Assembly: GCA_030141605.1 (NCBI GenBank)
Contig: JAQGDQ010001405.1
Location: 1-42,372, forward strand
Source of the DNA: Tubiluchus corallicola
Lineage: Eukaryota; Animalia; Priapulida
DNA: 42,372 nucleotides
Direction of reading: 5' to 3'
Part shown: positions 24,278-36,719 of the stretch, piece by piece
Layout of the letters: the number at the start of each line of letters is the position of its first letter
Numbering within the stretch: the first letter of the stretch is position 1
Program-made: the position numbers and the translations under genes
Notes under the pieces: generated by a model
What the model was told of the DNA's origin: nothing
The model's database searches: none
What the model saw: only the letters and a program-made list of their open reading frames with translations

Positions 24278-25789
24278 CACCAATAGTGTTAGCAAACGCG
24301 CAGTTTTGATAAGCCAAAATCACATTTGCGTTTTTAATAAAACAAGAATATCTCAAATCAGTTATTAGTTTAAAAAATGAAAACGAAAACACTTGTAGCA
24401 ACAAGTTTGAACTACGTACTTGCAAATACTTCTTCAGTTTTCTTGTAAGTAAAATTTTACTGTATTTCCTGAGGAAAGAGGCTAGCTGACTGCGTGATTG
24501 GCTGCCTACTATGTAAAAACATGTTATTGATTTATTGATCTTTCTCTGCCTAGCTCTCTTGGAGAAAAAGAGGGGAAGGGAGAGAGAAAGAAACGAAGAG
24601 AGACAATCAAAGCTTAGATTAAATAATAATTACCTCTGATACTCAAAATTCGTTAAACTTTCAAAGCCGCACACGGCTCAGTGAATCTACTAAGATTGGC
24701 AACGGCACCTTTTTGTCTCATTCGCTTAGCTGACAAATAGAAGCGGTACCGTGATAAGCATGATCATGAACTAAAGTGTGAGTTTCTGACGTCATATAAT
24801 GTAGAGCCCATTTTAGTGACATCATGCGTTTAAACAGTATTGCTTATGCAAATGTGCTTCATGTGCAAGGGAAGATGCTTGCCATTGCACAAACTGTGAT
24901 TTAGATTGTGACGTAAGCAATAGCTGTTTTCTTTTGCAGTTAATTATTTTTCTAAAATAATTATTAGCTATAGTTACACTATAGTTAACTTTATAGGCAA
25001 GAAAATATATATTTTGGACAGCAAATTAAAATGAGATTGAGTCTAAACAATCGTCCGGTCTTCCTTTAAACTTAATAAATTGATTTTTAAAATAAAAAAA
25101 TTAGAGTTTCGTTTATAATTTATGGTTGTAGTAGTATAGTTTATAAATATAACAAGGTTTTTTATATATTATTTTGTCACTTCGAATGTTTTTAGATTTA
25201 GATCTGTCGTTTACATTTATTATTTGATTACTGATCATTTCAAAAACCATGTAGAACAGGTGAAACACAATGTTTGTATAATAAATTGGTTTTTTATCTG
25301 TGAAAATTTTATTCTATACGGTATATTTTATATTTCCTTGTAGATATAATTACTATTGTTTCAATACAGGATATATTCGGGGAGAAGATGACGTATCTTC
25401 TTTTAAAAGTAAAACTCAATTTACTCTTTTAAGTCTAAATACGAGAGCGCATTTTGTCTGCTCCCAGGTCGCTTTCCTTTAAAGAAGATTCCGAAAACAA
25501 CGGATTAGTGTAATAACGTCGGGAGCCTATTTTCGAGACTAAAGCCACGTATCACAAAGAAAATCAGTTTTAAACTCGGATTAGCTTTTCCCACGCCGAG
25601 TGTTTGCAAATTTTCTGTCATTCTGAAAATTAGCTTTACAGAGTGATCATCCAGGTAGAAAAAAATAAGCGATCTGTGTCGCTAATAGCTTAGAGGGATT
25701 AGAGTCTCTTCAACTTACAGAATCCAAACACTGATAACAATCCTGATCTTAATACTTAAATGTCATTACCCCAACCACACGCTTAAGGA

Positions 25790-26057
25790 CTCTCTTTCTC
25801 TCTCTCACTCTTTCTATCTTTCTCTCTCTCTCTCCTTCTCTCTCTGTCTCTCTCTTTCTCTTTCTCCCTCTCTCTATCTCTCACTCTCTTTTTTTTCTCT
25901 CTCTTTCTCCCTCTCGCTCCTTTCTTTTCTCTCACTCTCTCTCTCACACTCTTTTTCCCTCCCTTTCTCTTTGTCCTCTCTCTTCCTTTTTCACATTTTT
26001 GTTTTTCTCTTTCTTGTCCCTTCCTCTGCTTTCTGTATCCTATCTCATTCACTCTCT
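25790..26057. repeat. CT-rich polypyrimidine microsatellite
   Basis: Directly visible; source of the low-complexity ORF 25783-26052. Confidence 0.95.
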
Positions 26058-26335
26058 AATTTTACACGATTATTCAGGTCAGTGGGATTAAACAACTTTT
26101 TCTTCATGACATACGTTTGCATTTTGCAATTTACATAGTCAAGATCACAAAAAGTAAAACAACCTACTTTGAATAAATAACATGGATAGATTAACAGCCC
26201 CTATTGGATTTACTGACGTCAGTGACGTGTTCATACTAATCTCTTAACTTAATCCTATAAGCTCCATTAACTGCTGGGTGATTGTGGATGCAAAACAAGG
26301 TAATTTAACTATCTATGTGACACCGAAAAAACGTA

Positions 26336-27297
26336 CCGTAAAACGGGGTGAGTTCGCCACTTTTTAGGGGTATTTTTTTACGTTTCCTGCCATAGCAAGA
26401 GAATTACCAAACCAATTTTCTTAGTTCAAGCTTTATATTGCCTTTCGAATGAAACACTATCGTGGGGTGAATTCGCCATTAACGATTTTACACTCTTTAA
26501 TGCCATTCTAGGCAGCTGAAGTTAACTGGTTGTGATTGGCTGGTTGGGGGTGAGTTCGCCACCCTATGAAAAAATTATGAAAAATGTCTAGTTTTAGTTT
26601 TCAAATAAAAACTTCTACGTTGGCAAGGAAGGCTTGAACGTCTTGTGCACTGATCTTTTCGCGGGCGCCCTTGATGTTGCCAGCCGCTCTGAAAACCAGA
26701 TTGTTCCTTCGGGCGAATGATTTGACAAAGTCTATTCCAGGGGTGTTTGCCTTGAATCGTCGTTCCTACGCGTCAAGAACACTCTTAATCAGTAGTCGGA
26801 GATCGATGGCAGTCATTGGGAACTCCCATTCAGCGGCCACTTGGAGTGTTGGCGATTTCGTGCTCCTCGGCGGCGGAGAACACTGGCTGACCTCCGGTCT
26901 TCAGCGGATGACTACCTGAGAGTTTGTCAGAAAGGGTCTTTCTTGGAACTCCGAATTGCCTCGCCGCTGCGCTGATTGTCCTGTTGGTATTCTTGACGGC
27001 ATGTAGGGCAGCTTCCAGAGCTTCTGGGGTATAATATTGTTATGTATGACCCGGTACAGGGGTGTAGGTGCGTGGCATGTTAGGTAGCAAGAAATAGTAG
27101 ACAAATAATATGTAGCGCAGAATGGAGTACTTCTAGAGCGAATTGAAAAAAGATAACTGTCGCAAACTGTTTATAATGACGGTGATCATGATATCTGTTC
27201 ATTAAACACTGAACAATAGTTACAGCAAACCTACAATGGCCCTTACGTAAGGGGTGGCGAACTCACCCTCGGGTGGCGAACTCACCCCGTTTTACGG
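26336..27297 (-). mobile_element. Internally deleted pogo-like (Tc1/mariner superfamily) DNA transposon, 962 bp
   Basis: Perfect 25-bp TIRs ccgtaaaacggggtgagttcgccac (26336-26360 and 27273-27297). TA TSD at 26334-26335 and 27298-27299. Subterminal copies of gggtgagttcgcca at about 26465, 26547 and (inverted) 27252. Confidence 0.93.
26601..27078 (-). pseudogene. Truncated pogo-like transposase: psq-type HTH plus CENP-B-type HTH, no DDE domain
   Basis: Manual translation: MPRTYTPVPGHT*QYYTPEALEAALHAVKNTNRTISAAARQFGVPRKTLSDKLSGSHPLKTGGQPVFSAAEEHEIAN, a frameshift near 26845, then LQVAAEWEFPMTAIDLRLLIKSVLDA*ERRFKANTPGIDFVKSFARRNNLVFRAAGNIKGAREKISAQDVQAFLANV. Confidence 0.85.
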
Positions 27298-28216
27298 TAA
27301 TTATGCATTTTGAAGGAAATTAATATGATCCGTGTAATAACACCAATAAAATCTAGTCAAGAGTAAAACGAATTTATGACTTTCTGAGGGATGATTCTGA
27401 CAAAAATTGTTAAACTTTTTTAAGATTCAGATTTCATATAATCACCACACAGCAGCAACGAATGTCGGATTAACAAAAAATATTTTTTATTCTTTAACTT
27501 TTTATCTTACTGGCTGCGTTTATGGAAATGAAGTGTTTTTGTTGCTTTTCTACTTGCATTTATTTTTAGGAATTTCTACGAGCATAATCTTTTACTATCT
27601 TGCCTGGATTTTTACAAACATTCCCATAATGACTGCTACATCGATAATTTCTGGATGAATGACTGGCGCCTGCTTATTAGGATTTATGCCATTGATGTTG
27701 CAAAAAAAAACATATAGATAATTTGTGGTGAACTGAGTAGCTGACTGTTTTCTAGGATTAAAGCAAATTATCTTTGAGTTAATCGGCTTGGGCTTGGGTG
27801 AAGCTTTTGTTGTTGAGATGAGCTAGTCGTGTTTGTAAATTGAGCTGTCATTTAGAAAAAGAGCGTCTGCATTCAAGAGAGAAGCTTTGATCTGTAAACA
27901 AAAAAGCTTTGAAATCCTAAGCTCCTCCGAAATGTAAAACCTGCAGCATAAAGTCAAAGTTCATCAACCTTCAGTTTTGGAAGCTGGGATAACGAGATGC
28001 TATAAGCTGTGTCATGACGTTGTCATTTCTGTAGTGCTATTATAAATTCATTGGCCCTTTTAGGTCTTAGGAGACCAGCGCAATGCATTTCAAATAAAAC
28101 ACAAATAAGAAACGTCTATGACACAAATTTGTAAAATGAAGATAAAATTTATATAAAGATACACACACATGTATAAATGTTACAAAATATGTTTCAAATT
28201 CGTGGATTTCAGATTC

Positions 28217-28253
28217 TTGTTGTTGTTGTTAGTATTATTAATATTAACATTAA

Positions 28254-28314
<61 letters not shown>

Positions 28315-28413
28315 GTTATTGTTATTGTTATTGTTATTGTTATTGTTATTGTTATTGTTATTGTTATTGTTATTGTTATTGTTATTGTTATTGTTATTAT
28401 TATTGTTATTGTT

Positions 28414-28467
<54 letters not shown>
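28217..28467. repeat. Compound microsatellite (TTA)n(TTGTTA)n(TTG)n
   Basis: Directly visible; source of the poly-Leu and poly-Ile/Val ORFs. Confidence 0.95.
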
Positions 28468-28469
<2 letters not shown>

Positions 28470-28829
28470 ATATTTTATCTTTGATCTTTGTGTATTTGTC
28501 GATATCGTATTTTTATTTTGGCAGGAGACCTTGTCAGGTAACTAGTAATTTGTCATTAAGAGTAATAAGACACTTAACTAAGATACTTACCTTACTTAAC
28601 AATGTAAAAATAATTGCATCGTGTCTCCATCTATAGGACGATTTAACTCTAACTTTCCTGTTAAAATCCTGCTTTTTGTTTGGTTGATCGATCTTAAACT
28701 TATCGTATAAAAGAAACTTATTATATGGAGGAACTTATTGTATAGTTATTATAGTTAGGCATATTTTTGGTGCTAAAAGTCATAGGATAATTCATTTTGT
28801 GTGTGTTGCCTTCGGATTTACAGCGGTAA

Positions 28830-29235
28830 GCAAAAATGAGGCGACATTCCCTAGGAAAAAACCTAAACTTCCAAAAAATGTGGCCACATTTTCCAGAGAG
28901 AGAAATCCCAGAATTCGCAAAAAGAGGCGACATTCTCGAGAGAAGAAACCCAAAATTCGCAAAATTGTGGCAAAATTCTTGTGAGAAAAAACCTGAACTT
29001 ACCAAGGGTGTGGCAACATTCTCGAGAGTAAAAACCCAAAATTCGAATAAATGAGGTAACATTCTCGAGAGAAAAAAACCAAAGTTCGCAAAAATGTGGG
29101 GACATTTTCGAGAGAAAAACCTAAAATTCGCAAAAATGAGGCAACATTCTTGTGAGAGAAAAACCTGAACTTCCCAAAAATGAGGCGACATTTTCGGGAG
29201 AAAAATCCCGAAATTCGTAACAATGTTGCAAAAAT
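28830..29235. repeat. About 43-bp diverged tandem repeat, 9-10 copies
   Basis: Consensus cgcaaaaatgaggcgacattctcgagagaaaaacctaaaatt restarts at about 28832, 28875, 28919, 28961, 29004, 29048, 29091, 29132 and 29176. Confidence 0.9.
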
Positions 29236-30639
29236 CACGCCAAATAGTTTCGATCTTCATGTGAAGGATTTGCTTAAAAAACTTGAAAAAAATTCGATCG
29301 ACGCAAAAATGTCGCGCCTCGTGAAAACAGGTAAGTTTTGTTCAGGTAAAAACAATGAAGAAAGAAATTTTACGTTTGTTTGTTTACGAAAATTAAGATT
29401 AAGTTTTAGAATTTGGTGCAAAATTTAAGAGAGTCTCGCTCTCTCGTCTTTATGACAAACAATTCTAAAAATTACCAATCAAAATCCTTTGTTTTCGATT
29501 GTTCTTGTCAAATCAAACAATTATCTCTGGAGTTTTACAGGATACAGGATGATAGATCGACTGTGAATGCATTTTTATCAGGGGTTTTCTGAGCGACTGA
29601 ATACACACATTTATTTTTAAGATTAGCGTTTAGTTTTTAGAACCCATTAACTCTGTTAATACATGGCGTATAGTTATACTGAAAAGGGATCATTTCTGAT
29701 GGATGGAATAGACTCCGACTTTGGAATTTCTCTTACAAAGGTAATCAGCTTAAAACACGGATTAGCTTCTTTGCGATGAACAGGGTATTGGAAAAAGCAC
29801 TTTAGGATAATTTCTGAGTGGCTAGGCGCCTGCTTTTAGGATGTCAATCATTCTAGAGTTAATCAGCTTTAAGCATGATAAACATCTTTGTTGATGCATA
29901 GTCAAGGTGATTAACATTTTTGTTGATGTAAAGAGAAGCTTTGTCTGAAATTGTCCTGTCATTAAGTAAATTATACCTGCGTTGAACAGTGAGATGTTGT
30001 CTGGGAATAAAGCTTTAGAATCTAAAGCCTTTTTTCAGGAATTTAAATCTCGTGAAAATGAAATTTATCTGCACTTAGACGTAACACTTAGAAGCTACGC
30101 TTTAAAATATGATTTTCTCTACTGACTATGCAAAAATGCAAAATTTTCATATGTTATAAAGATATTTTTTGGAAATGTGCGAAAAAACAAGTTTTGTGCC
30201 ATTTTGCAGATCTTTGTAAGCCTGCAAATTCCGTTATAATTTTGTTTGTAATGATAATTGCTAGGCATGTGTCTATATTATGGCGATAAAAATAATATTT
30301 TGCGAAAACTGGTCATTAGTTAAAGGAATGCGCCTAGTCTTTATTACTGATGTAAAAAACAGTTCTAAGATAAACAGACAATTAAAGCAAAACCGGAACC
30401 AATCTTAAACTGTAGGTCAAAACAATCTATTCTTTAAAATATTCAAAGGAAACATACTATTTATTCAAAAATGACTTTGGTGAAAGAATCAGTACCACAC
30501 AAACACAATTTCGCGTTCGAGCCACAAGTTCTTCGCTGTTACATGCATATTGCCCTTCACTGGTTAGACAGGCACTAGCGCCTGCTTTTCGGAAAGCGTT
30601 GCACAAAAAACAGGTGCTGTACCTCTCCGTTCAGATACG

Positions 30640-31350
30640 TTAGTTTGTGACGAACTACACACGTACAACAACTCGCGCCCAGTTTTAGTACAACACACTG
30701 AATCTCTTACATTACTGCTGCACTTTAATTATTGCTTTTGCAAACACACGTGGAACATTTTCCTGTCGAAAATTGTGTTAGTTTGTGATGTCATCAAAAT
30801 TGTGTTAGTTTGTGATGTCATCAATAGTTGGGCGCGCCCACTATTAAGTAAGTTTTCAGTCTATTATTCATTTGTCAGAAACGCTTTTACACTGTCAGTT
30901 ATGTTAAATGTAAAGTTTTTATCAGACTTGATAATGGGTTTGAAAATCATCCTGTTTTCCTTTAAACATAAAGTAACAATTCGAAAGCAATATTTTCATT
31001 GAAACTAGAGAACGCTAAAAACATAATTAAAAAGTGCAAAATTTGTTGTTTCATTATTTGATTCGCTTTGTATGCAAACCAGCAGATTTCTAGGCAAACC
31101 AACAAGCCAGTCGACATATTTCAACTAAATTCAATTCACTTCTATTCTATTTATTTGTCTCTTTCTTGTTAGTAATATTAACATATATACGTTTTGTTTA
31201 ATAAATAATTATAGAGACGGCGTGGCGATCAAACGATACGGTCCACTTGTCTAATCACCCCTGTAAATTAAATAAAATACACATGAATGTTAGTTTTAAA
31301 AGAGCAAAGGTTTTTTAATAACTAAAAAATATAAGTAAATTATAGAAACA

Positions 31351-31383
<33 letters not shown>

Positions 31384-31405
31384 TTTAATAATAATATTAA
31401 TAATA

Positions 31406-31449
<44 letters not shown>

Positions 31450-31805
31450 GTGAATATTCCAGTAATAAGCAAATGAGAAATGCGGCAAGCAAAATTTAAA
31501 TTTTGTGAAAGACAATAGAAATAAATTATGATAATGCTGTGTAACAAAGTTAAACTATGCACAAATCAAGGTCTTCAAATTTAGATAATGCTGTCTATAA
31601 TAAACACAAACAGGCGCTGAAATTGAAAGGACAAACAAATACAAACGGTTTATTCATTGCGGGCAATGATTTACCTTGAGACGATAAGTGTATAGTAGAA
31701 ATGACACTAAGCAAAATGGCACAGGTAAAAACGGCACAGACGAAAGGACATAAATGAAAAAAATGGGGAAAAAGTCACACGACAAAATATGGGTTTAGGT
31801 TATTG
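30640..31805 (+). repeat. Second copy of the 19910-20810 block, with an extra (AAT)n tract (31351-31448) and additional sequence
   Basis: Colinear similarity by eye; also a local 28-bp tandem duplication aaaattgtgttagtttgtgatgtcatca at about 30769-30824. Confidence 0.85.
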
Positions 31806-32272
31806 TAAATGTTGGGAATAATTAATTTAATTATTTTTACCTGTGCATAATATGTTATATTTTATAACCATTTGTGTGTCTGGTAGTTTGTTTGTTTGTT
31901 TGCTGTTTTTATCGATGTGTTTGTTTGTTTGTTACCAAAATTACTTAAAAAATGCTTAATAGAGTTGCATGAAAGATTTTGGAGAAATTGTACATATTCT
32001 GCAGGATAACAAGGAAAAATATGCTGCCGGAAGAGGCAAACATGTTGAAACATGCGTTTTTTGTACATTTTTTTGCAAAACTTTCGAGAACGCCAAGTAG
32101 AAAAATATGTTCACGAAAGTCGACGCTGTACCAGTCTTTGGTACCATTGTTCCTACTTTTCCACTTGTGTCCTTTTTCCTCTGCAATTTTACTGTGACAT
32201 TTTTTGTGTGCTATTTTTAATCGTGCCACTTTTGTCTGTGCCATTTTTATCTGTGTCATTTTACCTTTCGCG
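31690..32272. mobile_element. Foldback/MITE-like element with inverted subterminal ~15-bp arrays
   Basis: The left arm repeats ggtaaaaatggcaca variants (31695-31785); the right arm repeats the complement tgtgccatttttatc/tgtgtcattttacc (32140-32270). The left arm alone also occurs at 20690-20800. Exact ends and TSD were not resolved. Confidence 0.55.
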
Positions 32273-32659
32273 TTAAATAATGAAATCAAGAAAACCGTTT
32301 AATAATTTTATGAGGGAACAATTTTAATAGCTCTTTCTTTTAATATGACAAGTGACACATTTGAGTTTAAGGCGCTTGTGCGAACTGCAAATGTAATCAG
32401 CAGTGAGTTGGTACAGTATTGTACGTGTGGCTTAAAGCAAAAGTCAAGTCTCTCGGGAAGTCGAGCTTATTTTAATATTTGGAAAAAATGTTAGAAAATT
32501 TCAGCAATAAAATTGTGATAAGCATCGTGATTAATTAGTAAAATCAATTTAATATTGTGATCACTTCACGCTTGGGTGCGCTCACTTTCTGAAAAATGAC
32601 GTCATCCGGTTTCCGTGTACCACTTTTCCCGCCAGGCGCAAAAATCATTAACAAATGAT

Positions 32660-33478
32660 GAGGATCAGCAAATTTTATTGTAATTTATAAATGCAACCAA
32701 ACTGATGTGCAATTTCATATTTGTAGTAGAATATTTAGAAGATGACCTCATTTATTGACGTAGTAACAGCTGGTTTTTAACAGATTCTTTGTGTTTTATA
32801 TTTCATACAATGTTTTTATTGTTTTTACGTATTTTCGTAGCTCTTTTAACTGTGCATGACATGTAATATTTCTTAGTTTTTAGTGTAATTTTCAACTTTT
32901 ACATGACATTTTTTCGTACTGAAATAAACTTTAGAAAATAAATAAATAAATTTATGCTCATTACTTCACAGTCAGAGTTGCATTCAGTTTATGCAGATTG
33001 TAATTAAATTTAGTTTATTAAAATCATTAGTTGTAAACAACTTAAAACATTTCAGATCTCTAGCGCAAAAACACAAGCTGTTATTTACATAGACAAAGCG
33101 TGTGGTGTGGAATTACCATGATCATGCGCAGTCTGCTCTGTGACGCCATCATAGCGTGTAGACAAAACGCGCTGTGTGGAATGACCTTGATCATGCGCAG
33201 TGTGCTCTGTTACCCGCCATCAAAGCGTGCAGACAAAACGCGCTGTGTGGTTACCGTGATCATGCGCAGTGTGCTCTGTGACGCCATCACAGCGTGTAGA
33301 CAAAACAAACTGAGTTTAATTACCGTGATCATGCGCAGTGCGCTCTGTGACGCCATCATCAAAGCGTGTAGACAAAACGTGCTGTGTGGAATTACCGTGA
33401 TCATGCGCAGTGTGCTCAATGACGCCATCATAGCGAGTAGAGAAAACGTGCTGTGTGGAAAATTCCGTGATCATGCAA
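32660..33478. mobile_element. Copy 3 of the modular repeat, with about 5.7 units of the ~70-bp minisatellite (33090-33478)
   Basis: Core ggatcagcaaattttattgtaa..ttcagatctctagcg..ctgttattta, followed by units gtgtgctctgtgacgccatcatagcgtgtagacaaaacgcgctgtgtggaattaccgtgatcatgcgca. Confidence 0.75.
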
Positions 33479-33989
33479 AGCAAAGGGAAAATAATCTCAC
33501 AGCAATAGTTTCGGGAAAATTTAGAATGTATAGTATTTTTCCAAATTCGTCGCAATGTCCAGTACTGTCATACGATTAATGGTACACGTTCGTCTCAAAT
33601 ATGGTGCAATGTTTTTTCCAAATGCTTATCTTTTAGCCGAAAGACTTAATAAACATGATAAGACAAACATTTCTTATAGGAATATCAGCTTAAAAGGACA
33701 TTTGGCTTGATACAAATTCTTCTCTCCTTGGAAAGAAGAGATAAGGAAACTATTTCAATTCACTAACAAAATCCGAAGCCTTGGCACTGAAGATTCTTCA
33801 CGTGTAGCTAAAGAGCCACAATTTATCGACAATATCTAGAGCAGCTCTTGTCTGGAATCTCTGAAGTACGCAGAGATGATGTGTCAGACGAAAATGAAAC
33901 GCACCTAATGGCAGCAACACCATTGAGGAAAAATTATCTTCGAAAGTAATTTTTGTAGTTATTGGCCAGGACAGGGCGTAAAATAAGGC

Positions 33990-34500
33990 AAATGTATAAT
34001 AAACTTCATTTGCCAATAAAATCGATATTCGCAAGCATAAAAGATACAAGAACACGGCAGTTTACTCCTTGACACGAGTAAGTCTACACTAGTGTTTGTC
34101 TTAACGTATGCAACAGCTGCATAAGCAGCCTCACTGGAATCACAAAAGATGTGGAGTTCAGAATTTGTAGTCATAGGTACATGTCTCGGAAAGTTTATCC
34201 GGGATTCGTGTTGCTGAGTTTCTTCAATCAAGCGACTACTGGAAGAAAGTTCATCTTCCCAGTTAAGAGACTCTCTCCAGAATGACTGAAAGAGAACCCT
34301 AACACGTATGGTGATTGGAGAAATATATCCTAGTGGGTCAAAATCTTTGAGAGCTCGGCAAGCATCTGATGCTTGGTAATTGGAGTTGTCCCTTTAAATA
34401 AGTGAACTTCTGCCCAGGCGCTAAATGCTCATGAGAATGGACAGTAGCATCAAACTGTTCCCAAAACGCCTGCCACCTAACTACAATGTGCAATTCCAAC
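33990..34500 (-). mobile_element. BEL/Pao remnant: gag (DUF1759-like) fragment joined directly to a Pao Peptidase_A17/RNase H-region fragment
   Basis: WQAFWEQFDATVHSHEHLAPGQKFTYLKGQL, then FDPLGYISPITIRVRVLFQSFWRESLNWEDEL and ELHIFCDSSEAAYAAVAYVK..LLVSRSKL. Confidence 0.88.
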
Positions 34501-34619
34501 TTCCACAGATATAAACAGTTCTGCATTTTGAACGGACTGCATTATAGTTACATCTGAAATACGACTAAACAATTTCACACATTTGTTCAAGATCTTGTGA
34601 TCATGATCTTGGAGAAACA

Positions 34620-34735
34620 GACACGTCAGTACGTCAGTTCGGTCAACAACTATGTGGATGCTATTTCAAGGGGATTAGAAACACAGAGCTTATTGGCATC
34701 AAAAAACCTGGGTAAGCGGTCCATAATTTTTGCGC
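34620..34735 (+). mobile_element. Short BEL/Pao pol fragment in the opposite orientation
   Basis: RQYVSSVNNYVDAISRGL resembles the conserved W.YV.T..NPAD..SRG motif. Confidence 0.55.
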
Positions 34736-35399
34736 AAAGAGGAAACATGTTGGGCATTTCCAACCAACCAGACAAGCTGATAGATGTCAAAGAAGTTAAA
34801 AAATCCATTACGGCTCATGCAGTGGAAGTCATATCAAAAGTGACCTGACCGATCTTCAGCATGCGCAATATCAAGACCGCCATGCCATCTTGGAGTTCGA
34901 CCCCCTGAGTCGAATTCAGTCCACATATAATATTTTCATGTATGTTATTATACCTGTAAATGTGTGTAACTTGTGCAATAAAGTTTATATATACATATAC
35001 ATATATTTATCAAGTGTAGTAGAGCCAAGATGTAAATTCATTTCTTGTTATTCACTGTCATTTTATTATTAATTGCTTTGTTTCCTTTTCAAGCTCAAAT
35101 TAGTTTGTCATTCTTTTGCTATGATTTTTATTACAGATAAGCTGTACTAAAGCTTCTCAAAACGTTTATTTTTTTACTTTGGGCACCACGAGCAGTGCAA
35201 GTACAAAATTGAAATTAATATCAAGCTTATAGTCATAAAGCTTTAACTGGGGTTCAAACTACTCCCTATCCCAGATGTCTGCCCTGCAAGTTTGATGACA
35301 CTAGCTACAGTTACAATGTTATGAAATTCTTCATTGTCGTATCAGAGAAACAAATGTTACTGGAATAACTTATGGAAACAACAAGGAGATTACCACAAA

Positions 35400-36060
35400 T
35401 AATTCAATCAGTTGTACTGTGACATAGAGAATTAATATTGGAGATTTACTGAGATTTATTGTTTATGGTACTTGATCAAGAGCAGTTTTCATGACCTCAA
35501 AAATTAGGTCGTCAAAGAACTCATGTTTAAGCGCCATCCAAGCAGTCGCACCATATAAAATAATAGGTAATACCAGTGCTTTAAGCAGTGCGATTACTGT
35601 CATCAAACTAAAATAAGATTTTCGTCGAATTGTCATCCACCTGTTCAAAGCATCTTTCTAACATTATTAATGTGTTTACTGAATGTTAATGAGTTATCTA
35701 TGGTAGCTCCGAAAATTTTTAACGTATTTTATGTCAACATTTCCAATTTTTTATTTATCTGTCAATTTATCCATAGAAAAAGGAATAACTTCCGTTTTAC
35801 CAGGTGAACAGTTTAAAATTAAACGCCAAAGATGACACCAGTTATAGAGCAGATTACAGGTTTGAGCTAGCCTAATTGTTTCTGTGGCACTCTCAATAGT
35901 TATATAAAGAGTACCATCATCAGCATACTTAAAACAGTCAACACTGTCAACTCTAGCAATATCAGGAAACATATCTGCAATATAAAAAATAAGCAATAAA
36001 GGGGAGATGATTACGGAGCCTTGTGGCAATCTTGTAACAGGAAACTGGTGAGCAGTTAAA
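35400..36060 (-). mobile_element. Decayed LINE reverse transcriptase
   Basis: LPQGSVIISPLLLIFYIADM..KYADDGTL..LYNWCHLWRLILN..KTEVI (PQGS, YADD, W...W.L..N..KT), and downstream LLKALVLPIILYGATAW. Confidence 0.9.
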
Positions 36061-36719
36061 GGACCGCCGGACAAATGATCACAGGTAAAATGACTACCAA
36101 ACAAAAGGACCACCAGTTAACATCACAATCAAAGAACCGCTTTCAGCACTTTGAAAATCTTCAAATGACCACCTTTGGGGAGGATAGGTGAGGACACTTG
36201 TCAAAGGACCACCAGTGGACCAACACTTCCTATCCGATTTTTCAAAATGCTCATGGGTCAACAAAGTACCACTGTGACGCTCAGGCTAATTATAGGCCAG
36301 GTTATACAACTAGTTCCTAAATTGTTATTAATTATTTTCGCTTTTAATAAAAAAAGTTAAGCTAAACTGTTTTTGATATGACGCTAGATGTTATCCTGCT
36401 TTGAAATCAGAATTTACCTGTATGTTCAATGTCACCGTTTTATGCATTACTATATGTGATTGAAGCCACGCAGACGAAATTTCTGGCATTTGAGTACGCC
36501 CAGGTATTCCATTCTAAACTGACGAGCTGTGCAGACGTGCTCGTGTGGTAACGATGGTCTAGTAGTAATAGTGCTTGCCGAAAAGAAATATGTCAACACA
36601 GCTGTGACATAGCTGCTTGCGTTTTATAATTTAAAGGCATTGCTAGTAATTGCTACTGCAATTATATTCACTACTAGATAAGACACAAGCTTTCTCTACT
36701 ATAATAATATAGCAGCTTC

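Noticed and set aside
28169-28636. Poly-Leu and poly-Ile/Val ORFs (also 10212-10450, 20774-20959, 31296-31562, and the Arg/Glu ORFs at 19086 and 25783)
   Set aside because: Microsatellite artefacts.
28721-29428. 179-aa ORF and several overlapping ORFs
   Set aside because: They arise from the 43-bp tandem repeat; no recognisable domain.
33100-33579. 159-aa Cys-rich repetitive ORF and overlapping antisense ORFs
   Set aside because: They are translations of the ~70-bp minisatellite; unit length varies from 68 to 73 bp and the frame is not preserved in other copies.
36455-36540. Hammerhead/Penelope-like motif (gaagcc..cgaaa, ctgacgag)
   Set aside because: The CUGANGA and GAAA cores could not be placed with the required flanking stems.
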